A DNA stretch of 64,000 nt, taken from contig NC_068984.1 in assembly GCF_001194135.2 (NCBI RefSeq), positions 105,098,103 through 105,162,102 of the forward strand, given 5' to 3'. The notes under the pieces are model-generated. The model worked only from the letters and a program-made list of their open reading frames with translations. It was not told where the DNA came from and made no database searches. This DNA is from Octopus bimaculoides. Its lineage: Eukaryota. The translations under genes and the position numbers were made by a program. The number at the start of each line of letters is the position of its first letter. The first letter of the stretch is position 1. This document shows positions 52,741 to 64,000 of this stretch, one piece after another.

Positions 52741-53527
52741 TTAGAGGCTCTGCTAAACTTAATTTGGGGGTGTGAGTAGGGAAAAGCAAAAACCCCTACC
52801 TATTGTTTTCTCAATACCACTTGTTAAATAACAGATTATATCTCATTCAGTTTATGGATGAATAATTGAGAGATGCCCTCTGCATTTGAATAATTAAATT
52901 TTTAAAACTATTTTCTGATGCTGATAAATTTACAGTCTTGTATATCTACTTATTGAGTCATTCATTACTATTTTGGCAATTATGATGAAGGTTATGCTTT
53001 GTTAATAAGTTCACAACAAGACCAAAACATGTCTAGTGTTGTCTATCATACTTGCTAGAAAAATGAAAATTACTTGTAAGTCATCTTTTTAATGCTCCAT
53101 GCATTAACTATGTTACCACATCTTACAATTTGTAACCTACATCTTTTCACATTTACGCATTTTGTTACCAACATGTTTTCAGCTTATACATTATATATAT
53201 ATAAATATCTAGGTTTTGATTATATTTTCCATACAGATTTTCAAATGAGTTTTCACAGCACTTTGTATTCTTGATCTCTATTTCTATTAACTCTCATTTA
53301 TTTTCCTTATTTTATTGCAAAAGCATTAACACTTATTCTGGTTAACAACCAATTATGTAGCAGACTATAACTCACACAATCGTCAATTAATTTTCTTTAG
53401 CTATGACAATGAGGCAGTCTTTGTATGGCCACTTAACCTGCTTTAAATAGCAGCTAAATTTCCCTCAAATCTTTTGTGACCACCTTAAACAGAAAGGGAC
53501 ATGTTGAATAATTTAGTCCTTGATTAA

Positions 53528-54095
53528 GATCTTGGGTCTGTATTATAAGTCATGGGAGGCAGGCTACTGAATTGGATGCTAGAATTGCAAGTGTTGGCAC
53601 AGTTATGCACCAGATGAGAGATTGATGAAAAAAACAGCCAAGTTCACTACCTTCAATTCAATTTTTGTGCCTATCCTCATCTATGGTCATAAATGTTAGG
53701 TATTGACTGAAAGAGTACAATCTCAAATACAAGCAACCAAAATGGAGTTCCTCCAAAGGGTCTCTGAAGTAACATTACTTAACAGGATGCAAAGCTTGGA
53801 GGTCAGAGAGTCTCTCCAGGATGCACCACTCAAGTACTACAGATATGTGGTTAGAATGTCACAGGCAAGAATTACAAGACAGATTCTTTGAGCCATGCCA
53901 ACCAGCAAGAGACCTAGTGGTTGACCAAGAATGAGATGGTTGGATAATATTCATAGCCTCAGTTGGTCACACTTGAGAATCCAGCCAGAAAATCTAATAA
54001 TAGTTGCTTCTGATAGGACCTGATGGAAGAGATGCCTGAGGACTCTACCCCCATGACCCTCCCAGGGATAGCGGGTGGAGAAGATGGATGGATGG
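53528..54095 (+). mobile_element. RTE-clade LINE 3' fragment of Rex3/Expander type with (GGAT)n tail
   Basis: DLG...ELDARI...IFVPILIYGH...MTERVQSQIQATKMEFLQRVSEVTLLNRMQS...VVRMSQARITRQIL...KRPSG*PRMRWLD...LRTLPP; 3' end ggatagcgggtggagaagatggatggatgg. Confidence 0.8.
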
Positions 54096-57000
54096 TTCAC
54101 TGCACATAGGAAGAAAAGATTGTCTCAACTGTGATGCCTTTGATCAGAGATATGCTTGACTAAAGCTGATCTTGAATTAAACAACAACAATAACCTAAAT
54201 TTAAAACAGCTAACTTGGACATGTATTTTAAAACTGTCTGCCCTTATGCCAACAACTTTTTGAGATTTGGTTTCCTAATGGTATTGTTATTCATTTGTCC
54301 TATTCTTAACTGAAAATAAAGTTTGTTTCTATAAGTTTCCATCATGCTTATGATTTTTTTAATAAGTGGCTTTTCTAGTTGGTAATGGTTCCAAATATTC
54401 CAGTTTGTTTATTTTACTGAGAGTTGTGTTTTAAACCCTGGACAATATAAAAACTCCTATTGTTAGAGTTAGCTGAAGTGATGTTATCTGTGCAATGATC
54501 TGCACTGTAAATATTTATAGGAAAACAATATGAACTTTGAAAAGGCAAATTGTCTTGTATAATAAAATGTGTGTTTTATGTAATCTATCCACATGATAAT
54601 TTATGTATAATATTTATAGTGTGTTTCTTTACTGCAATTATGAAGAGATAATGTAGAAACAGGAAGATATCAAACAACAAATAGAGAGTGGGTGATAATG
54701 ATAGAGGTAAAATGAAAGTGTGGAAAGATGAGGTGTTTATTATAATGCCCAGACTGACAAATGAAGAAAGAAGGAGTGAGAGAATTAAAATAGATTGAAT
54801 TGGAGTAACAAGTTGGCTCTGTGTTGTTTTAAGCAGGATGAGAAATAAGTTCAATCATGAAATGCTAATAAATAATGGTGGAAAACTAGGAAATATTTAT
54901 GGAATTCAAGAGTTCTATGACTATTGTTTGAAAAGAACTTTTGAGTAATGATAAAATACATGGAAATCATTCATTGTTTTTTAAATGGCATCATGATATT
55001 TTTATAAATATAGTATCATTTTTAATTAAATTTTTATAACTATCATTAAACTATCTTCAGTGAACCATCAAAAATCTTAGTATAAAATGAGCAGTCTTTT
55101 TGATGATGCAAGTGTCTGTGTTTTTATACTTTTGTGACCCATCATTTTCAGTGAGTGATATGTACTGTCTCACCTCCAAATTATTGGTGTCAATCTTTTT
55201 GTCTGTGATTAAATTCCTTAGTCAGTGATACAAATCTGGTTGTAATATATGAGAGATCATAGAAGACTTTAGTAAGATGATATGCCTCATGAACTGAAGG
55301 TGTTAAATGTTACATAAATTTCAATCCTTTTTTTAAGGATAGGTGTAGAGGCTCAGGGAAGATAAGTTCAGTAGGAGAGGGGAATTAATTACCAAGAAGA
55401 GGGTATGTTGAAGTGGCCAAGCTGAACAATGATAAGATATGCAAAAAATAAAAAAGGTCACACAAATTGGAAATAAACTACATATAGCGTTCCTTTGTAC
55501 ATATCTAGCTGTATAGAACATTTGTATAGATGATTCTAGATTAGGGTGTTATTCCAAAGAGTCAACTAAACCCCAAGCAATGTATAATTCAAGTAAATTA
55601 ATGGGTCCTAGTGCTACAACAGTTATAGCACCTGCTTTAAGGTAAACTGGCAATGACATTATAAAGTGTGTTATGGGCATCTAAGCTTAGCAGAACCCAA
55701 CCCTCTCCAGGTCTAACCACAGCCAATTTCTTTTGAATAGAAAAAGAGTGGTGGGCAGAGGGAGATTGAATCTTCAACTGGTACTTCTATTGACCTCAAA
55801 GGTGTGAAAAACTGAAGTTGATAAAATTTGAACTCAGAACACAAAGGAGCAGAACAAATACCATGAGGTGTTTTATCTGCCACTCTAATGACTCTGCCAG
55901 ATCACCTGTCTATTTGTGTGTGTGTGTGTGTGTGAAAGTGAGTGTGAGAGAGAGAGAGGGGGGATGGATGACTGATAATTATTGACAGCTAGAATTCTTT
56001 ACTGGCAGATAGAATACTGAAGTCAGTAAAATCAATTATTTAGTAACAGTAATGTGTGTGACTAATTGATAGATCCAGTACTTATTTTTATAGTAAAGCT
56101 TTATTTTAAATTTTTTGGCATTGACAATTATTTGCAGAGAAATATTTTCAAATGTATCTTATTTTTTCTTGTTTTAAAAGTATATTTTGTGTTTTTAAAT
56201 ATTTACTTTTTAACATAGTTTAATTATTCAGAACTAGCTATCATTTTTATTTTTTAATTTAATTCTAAATTTGAAATGGGGTTTTTACTTACCTTAAAGA
56301 CATAATTAAAGCTATTTTTATTTAAATCTAAGTATATTGTAAAAAAAAAAATCATTTTTTGTTTTGATTACACTCCATACAATAATAGTTTTTTTGGTTA
56401 TTTTGATATATTAATAACCTTGGTCGCCCACTTTCCAGACTCCACGTAACAGAATATTCTATTAATCAGAATGTTTCATATTCTTTTACTTGTTTGACTC
56501 ATTGGACCATGTCCATGTTGAGGAAATGCCCTCAAGAGTTTTACTTAACAGCAGTATTCTGTCTGGCAATTAATTCATCATACTCAGAAAATGTGCTGAA
56601 TACAAATACATGCTTTTGTTCAAAGAAAATACTAAAGAATATTCCTGTTATAATGTATTAGTTTTCATTCCACACTAGTTTAGACACAAACACAAACTTT
56701 CCATCTACCCAATTTCATTCACAAATTATTGGTCATATAAGGCTTTCTCAAAGCATTGTACTATGAAATCAAACCCAATGCCATGCAGTTGTGAAACTAA
56801 CTTAACCATACAGCCATGCCAACAGTCATAGCAGATATTTTTTTATTAGAGTTTATAAGACTAAATATAGGATAAATTTTAGAATTTATCTATTTTAGAA
56901 CTGTGAATTATTCATATATTTTAAAATATTATTTTTTCATTATCATTTTTTAAAAATAAAATAGCGATTGTTTTAAATCTAAAATGTACAATTCATTTAA

Positions 57001-60000
57001 AACTATACCTATTTGGGTTGTCAGCAACAAAATGAATAAATAAGCTTATCATTTTAAGATAATTTTATTTAAATATTTTATATTTAGTATAAAATATGTT
57101 GCTTCTTATTGATGTGCAACAGAATGCAGTTTTTGATTTTTCAAATTTTTGTTGAAATTGTAACCTAAATAATTGAAGGTATCATACAATTCTTTTAACA
57201 ATGTAATAATAATCTTGAAGTGTAAGTTAGGATTGCATAATGGTGAGAGTACTTGTTTATTGTTGCCCCTATTAAAAGTTGTGTCAAGTAAAAAAATATA
57301 TATCTACAAATCTAAGTAGTTTAAAACTCACCATTGAGCATGTTATTATTAGCCACAAAAATTACTTCAAATTTTAGTTGAAAAATGAGAAAATGAGAAC
57401 CATATATTGCAGTGCTTTTGTCTTCAAAATTAGAGAATTTAGATATTTTTGCATAAGGTTCTTCCATTATCTTCTGCCAGTCTAAGTCTAGTTTAATTGT
57501 TACTTTAATTTTATGGCTAAGGAATTCTAAGGGTCATATATCTAATTGGATCAAGATGGTTTAGGATTATTATTAGTTCCAGTTTGTCAGAAATCAAGTG
57601 GTTACAGAATTTATTGGCTTGAGTGTCACCTCATAACTAGTTTTTAGTGGATGTGCTATTTGCTTGTATGCGTATATTTCCCTATATAATGTTTATATAT
57701 GTGTGTGTATGTATGTACGTATACATATATATATTTATGTCCTGCAATTCTTCAGCTCAATGTACAAATACCATTGGAATAATATAATTTCCTTGAAAAT
57801 AATAAGGATTAACATCGGCAAGAGCATCTGGCCATAAGAATATTCTCTCAGGAAATTTTGACAAACCCATTGCTAGCATTGAAAAAACAAAACATAAGAA
57901 CTAAATAAGATGATAAAGATTGTGATACGCTGTTACATTGAATTTTGCTTTATCATTTTGTAATATATTATTGGATATCAGTCTTTCATCATGTATCCAC
58001 CACTCATCTATTTCTACATAATTTATCAAAGCTCTTCATTAGTATCTCTTCTAGATTTAGTCAAAGTTCTTATGAAATATTTATATTTCACTTCTTGATT
58101 GCTGTTCTAATAAATTCTTTTAATATTTCTCAATCTTTTCATAATGGTTGCTACACACACAAAAAAAAAACAGCAAAAGAACATAAAATATTTGTTTTCT
58201 TGGTTGATTGATCAATTTGTCTGTTAAGATATAATATTCCAATTAGATGTTCTTAATAGATATATTGGTTTCCACAGTTCTTACTTGAAATGGTTTTGTT
58301 CTTTCTCAAAGAAAAACTAAATTTCAAAGATTAATTTTATTTCATCATTCAGTATTTATTGTCATTAAGAAATATACCCTTTTTTTAAGTTGATTTCACT
58401 TTGCTGCTAATCTACAAAGAAAATCTACAAGATTTTTTTTAATATTTTGCTTTTAAATATAATTTGCTTATGTTGCTATCTATTTCCTAGTAAAATGAGA
58501 CATTCATAGATCGTTTTATTACCTTGTTTCTCTCAATAATTATTAGAATTATTGTAATCAGAATATATTTTATGCAGGATTGTATGTTCGATCTTGTATG
58601 ATTGTCAAATTTCTTGGATGAAATGTTGTTCTTTTTATTTCAATGGTTTGTTTATAATTTTAAGTAACTACATTTAGGTGAGTTTCAAAAATATGACTAA
58701 CTTGGATTGTGTCTACATCCTCAAAGTTCTCGTGGTTAAATATCCAGATTTAACAGAATATAACAGGAATATATTTCTCATAGGCAACAAATCCTTGCTT
58801 CTAAATCTGGAATCTGTAGTCATGCTGCATGAGATTTTTCAGATTCACTCTGCTTCTCACCCTTCCTGCCATTTCTCTCTTTCTCTGTATATATCTCTAT
58901 CTCTCACTCTCACCTTTCACCTCTCTATCACCTATAATAAGCAGAATGGTGCTTAGATTTTTTTTAAATTCTCATAAATAGTTTCTAATTAAAAAAAAAC
59001 CCACTGGCCACTCTATTAATAATGAATATGCATTGTTTAGTAGATCCATCACATTAGAATTTATTTAACATAGAACAGTAATAGTAAAAGATAGCTTTTT
59101 TGATGTTATTTTATCATGTGGTGTTATGTGCATATATCTGAAACTTTAAACCTTCAAGATAGCATCTTTGAAAGCCATTTATTTTATTGATCAATTTTGC
59201 TTCAACTTACATTTAGAATGGTCTTTTATCTATCTGTTTTTCTTGTTACTATGTCGGATTTATTTATATCTTTCTTTCTACCTTACTACTACCATTTCGT
59301 GTGTGTGTGTGTGTGTGTGTCTCCCCCTCTCCTTAAAGATCACATGCTAAACATCCAGTTGCTATTTGATAAATTGAGAAAATTTGCACCCATTTTCTTT
59401 GGTTTTGTTTGTTTAAGAAAAACATAAAATGTTTTGTGATAATGATGTTGGTTTCCTTAAAATACAAATGGTAGATCAATTTAGAAAATTGAAGATGACA
59501 ACATGACAGGCAAACAATACTTAGTTTCCAAACTGAAACTTTTTTTTTTTTGTATGAAATTACTATTAAAATGATCTGTTGGTTAAAATTTTAGATTGGT
59601 ACAAATAACATTTTTAAAGATTAATTATTCTAATAGATTAACTTTAACTGCTCTGATTTACTGTTTCATTCTCAAGTTCTGTTCATTTATTTCAAAATTA
59701 CTTGTAGTTTACTTTTACTGAAGTAACTGAATTGCAAACAGCATTGTTTCATATGTGTGTGTGTGTATTTTACAATACTGCTCTCAATGGTTTCATAACC
59801 ACTCTGAATAGTTTTATAAACTCTTTACCTGCTATGCTTCTATTTAATGAATTTAATATTCATTTATGGTTTGACTTTTGTTGCTGCTTTTAAAATTTAG
59901 TATATTTATAAACCTTCAAATTTAAAGTAATAATTTCCATTATTTACAAAATAAAACAATCTTTTTATTCTTTTCATTACTGTTTAGCTTCTTCAAAAAC

Positions 60001-63000
60001 TTTACTCTTTTTAGACACTAGCATATTTTAAGAAATCTATTCTTTCTACAAGGTAGAATTTATTTTTTATGAGAAAAACAAATTTTAGTCTAAAATTTGT
60101 GTTTATTGAAATAAAAATAGATCATTGATTATCTGTTGGTAATATGTTCCAAAAGTTCCAACCAAATTTATTTTCACTTCAATTTCTTTGGCATACAGTG
60201 TTATAAAACTGAAGCAGTTACGTAAACCTAGCTACAGTTATGATAAAAGCTCTCAGTTTGAGGCCATCTAACAAGCTTTTTTTCTTGTCTTTTATTACAT
60301 GCATTCATGAACAATAGCCTATTTGAACATTTGAGATCAAAGTATGGTCCAGTGGGAAATTAATAATTCACTGCCTTATTGGCAGTAGGGATGTCAAAAA
60401 GTGCTTGTGTAGTGCAGAAAGTTCCTGTCCGATATGTAGGACCTTGGCGTTAGGCACAGAGCGGGCTTTTACAGATGTAAAAATATTATTTTCATATAGT
60501 GTATTTCATGCTACAGTCATAGTTCTGATGGGCAACAGCTTTTGTGCATTTTACAAAATACTGTTATTGCAGTAACTTACCACCTGTTGGACAAGTTTTT
60601 TGGAACCATCTGTTTCTTCAGCTGCTCAAATCCTGAAAGTCTGTTTTGAACTGAAATGAGTTAGTCGAGTATGCTATATGAAATATTAATTCAAAATAGA
60701 TAAACATACTCCATGATGTTTTTAGACTTGCACTTTAGAAACAGTGGCTCTTCCTTCTCTATGCAACTTAGCAATTTTGCATGGCACCCTAAGCCTCTGT
60801 GCAGCTGTTATAAAACGATATCTTCTATATCAGCTTACTGGCTCTAGTAACATCCAGAATCTTAATATACTTTTCAAACCAGCTTACAATTTCTGAAGTA
60901 TTGTTCAAGATTTCGTGGATTTCTTTTCTTTGATAAATCTATTATCATCATGTTGACTTTCCAACTTATGTATTAGTTAAATTCATTTGTGATATTTCTA
61001 AATTGTTAAATCCAATATAGTTTTATAGATCTTATTAATTCACTAATTTCTTCTGTAATCATTATATTAGGTTTCCTCTTTCTTCCTTCATAATCTTTTG
61101 TCAGTGAACTTGTGCTACTTTTTTCTTTTGACATATTTAAATTATTATTTTTCAAATGTTTTTCCTGTTTATAGATCTAATTAACTAATTTTGTGTTTTA
61201 TTTTTGAAAACTCTAAGCATATTGAATATTTATTTTGAATGTCAATATAAATTTAGGTATTAGAAATTTGATTAATCAGAAATCTTAACAAATGAGCTTG
61301 TGGTGGAATTTTATCATCTGCTTTTTCTAGGAAAACCTGAACTCCTTAATCTGCTTGTTGTTGTTGTTGTGTTGCTTCTCCCATGCATGAAATCCTGCTA
61401 AACTTACCCATTCTGTTGCATTTGCTTATACTGCATAAGTAGTTTCCTCCTCTTCTTTTCCTTTATCAATTTGAAAGCCAATTTATTTTGTGTTGAAAGC
61501 CAATTACATAAATCTATTTAGAGCTTTGCTTAGAAGGTAATTTTTATCATAATCAACAGAAAAATTTTAAATTTAGAAATATATTAACTTCTTTTTACTA
61601 GTTGTGTGTAAGAAAGATACTGTTGTTGAGTTTCATTCTTATGAAAAATATTTAAGTTTAGCCATAATTTCTTTCTTTTTTTTTTTCTTTTTTTTTTCAA
61701 AATTTTGTAAAATTAATGCCTTCAATTTTAACAGTATTTCAAGGAACCTAGTTAATGATTTTTAATCCAAGTTGATGGTACTTAGTTAAATGATACTAAC
61801 ATGTTTAGCATGCTTGATTTTAACTTCTATTTGCTTTATTGTATGGTTACACTATTAAAATATTGAGAGAAAGTTTATTAAAAGTTCAATTTTTTTCTTA
61901 TTATTTTGCCACATAAGACTAGAAATGAAATTAGAATTTTTTTTAAATTGCATTAATTGTATTTTGTATTTATCTGATTGCTTATTTAAAATTGGAGCTG
62001 AATATGTTTAATCTTCCACTGAAATCTCATCTCTGCATCAGAATCTTCAATTTAGCATTTATTTCCACTTTAACTAAAATTCTCTTATTATATATGTGAT
62101 TTAATGAAACTTATAATTGTTTCTTTCTTTTTTTATTTATTTCCTTAATATACTGTCATACATTCCTAATACTCTGCTTATTGTTATTATTGCGACAAAT
62201 TTTTGTTTATTTTTTTTTTGTCTCCATCAAAGATTTATGGTAAATTCTTGTGTATAAGGTACATTACGATGTATTCAATTACATTTCTAGAGATTTAGTT
62301 AGATTTTAATTTGAAATTTAAAAGGTATTTTAAGCATCTAATATTTTTAGAAAATTGTTTTGTTTGATTTATTTTTTTGTTTCTTTGATATTAAATTTGT
62401 TAATCATTTTATGCATTGACTCTATCTGTTAAAAGCTTCAAGCTTCCAAAGATTTAGTACATGGTTGAATTTTTAATAAGTTTTCTCTCAATTCAATTAA
62501 AACTGAAGACATATTTGCTTCTTTTAACACTTGAAGAAGTCATCAGGAAAACTTGATCTGCCGTTTTTGTTTTTTTTTTAAGTTTCAAATAAAACTAATA
62601 ATTTCCTCTAATGTATTTAGATGATTGTTATATGTATGTGTGTATGGTGTGTACATAACTGTGTATGTGTGTGTAATGAGAGAGAGTGTGGTGTGAGTGT
62701 ATGCATTCAATACAAGAAACTAATAAACTGCTTTGTCAATTTTAAGACACTGTCAGAACATAGGGATGGTGGCAGGTTCTACCCTTTCAAACAAATTTAT
62801 TACTAGGTTGACTGGCCCTTTCACTGTTGGGTTTCCCCTTCTATAGATGTGGCACAATACTGAGGAAACAATATAAACTATGGATGTCTTTTCTTCTCCA
62901 TCATCTTGACTATTTGTACTCACTGTATACAGATAGAAGATAATCATTTGAATAATCAATAGTGATACTCAGTTATGATTCAAGAGGCATCCGCTTGTAA

Positions 63001-63084
63001 TAAGATATACACACTCTGCTTTACATTTTGGATACTTTTACTCCGTCTTTGTGTTAGCATAAGCATTCACCTACATATATATAT

Positions 63085-63400
63085 AGGCTTGGTTGTGTGC
63101 TTAAGAAGTTTGATTCACAACTACATTGTTTAAGGTTCTGTCCCACTGCATGACAGCTTGGGAATGTCTTCTGCTATAGCCTTGGACTGACCAGTACTTT
63201 GTGAGCAAATGTGATAAATGGAAACTATATGGAAGCCTCTGCGTGTGTCCATGTCTGTACAAGTGTGCATCTCTTAGTGTTTATCTCTCACTGCTTCACA
63301 ACCATTGTTGGTTTTGTAATTAAATGATTTGTCAGAGAGATTGATAAATCTAAAGTGAGAATTAGGATCTATTTGATTAAATCTTTCAAAGTGACACACA
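63085..63400 (+). mobile_element. tRNA-derived SINE, diverged copy
   Basis: ggttgtgtgcttaagaagttt...ggttctgtcccactgc...cttctgctatagccttggactgacc...gtgagcaaat. Confidence 0.6.
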
Positions 63401-64000
63401 AATCATCCATGAGGAAGGCACTTCATGCTTGCTGGTGATAGCTGTTAAATATCCTTCTGAGAGTGGGGTATAGTATGAGACACTATGCTGATAAAAAGAT
63501 GAGGATAACTAAGCTGGGAACTTTGTTATCATAGATCTACTGGGTCAAGGCTGATCTCTGTCAAAACAATAACACAGTTAATCATGTATGGTCATGAGGT
63601 TAAGAACCTCACTTTGCAATCACATACTGCCTTTGGCAGGTGTCTTATAGCTTTAAATCAACCCAAGCTTTGTGAATGAAACTGAGTTGACAAAGACTGT
63701 AGAGAAATCTACCAGCTGGACACTAGCTGTAATTTGTAGATTCATTTTTATCACAGAGGTTGAGTATTCCTGACCATTACAAAAGTAGTGGCTGTGGAAA
63801 GCACAATTTACATAGTAGGTCAATGAGTATACATGTAGGTTGATTGTATGATTGGAACCTTCATCCATTGAAATCAACACAACCTTAATTTTATGTGTGT
63901 GGAGAGAGAGAGATTATACATGTCTTACATATATACATACATTCACACATACAAAGGGCTTCTTTCAGTTTTGTCTACAAAATCCTCTCACAGAGTTTTG

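Noticed and set aside
53400-53450. Acceptor giving SMTMRQSLYGHLTCFK*
   Set aside because: It overlaps a dispersed repeat (gct..aaatagcagc.aaat..ccctcaaat, also at about 24050 and 22420) and lacks W and GT.

Overview
This is AT-rich animal genomic DNA from a draft assembly with five N gaps. It is most likely a coleoid cephalopod such as Octopus, inferred from the repeat families and microsatellite load. The + strand carries ten GT-AG exons (5816-34858; 1396 nt, about 465 codons, one continuous reading frame) of a furin-like proprotein convertase. They encode the propeptide end with the RVKR cleavage site, the complete subtilisin-like domain (Asp, His, oxyanion Asn and Ser all intact) and almost all of the P domain. 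I could not find the 5' exons or the exon that completes the P domain inside the window. Introns contain nested Tc1/mariner elements, a second near-full-length mariner, a MULE, RTE- and CR1-group LINE fragments, tRNA-derived SINEs, a Helentron-like element and many microsatellites. I found no supportable tRNA, rRNA or CRISPR array, and no clear novel multi-gene system. The best leads concern furin itself: a catalytic Ser on an ADAR-editable AGT codon, an intron read-through that mimics the last P-domain strand, an in-frame alternative donor, and a coding-like 27-bp repeat flanked by splice signals.
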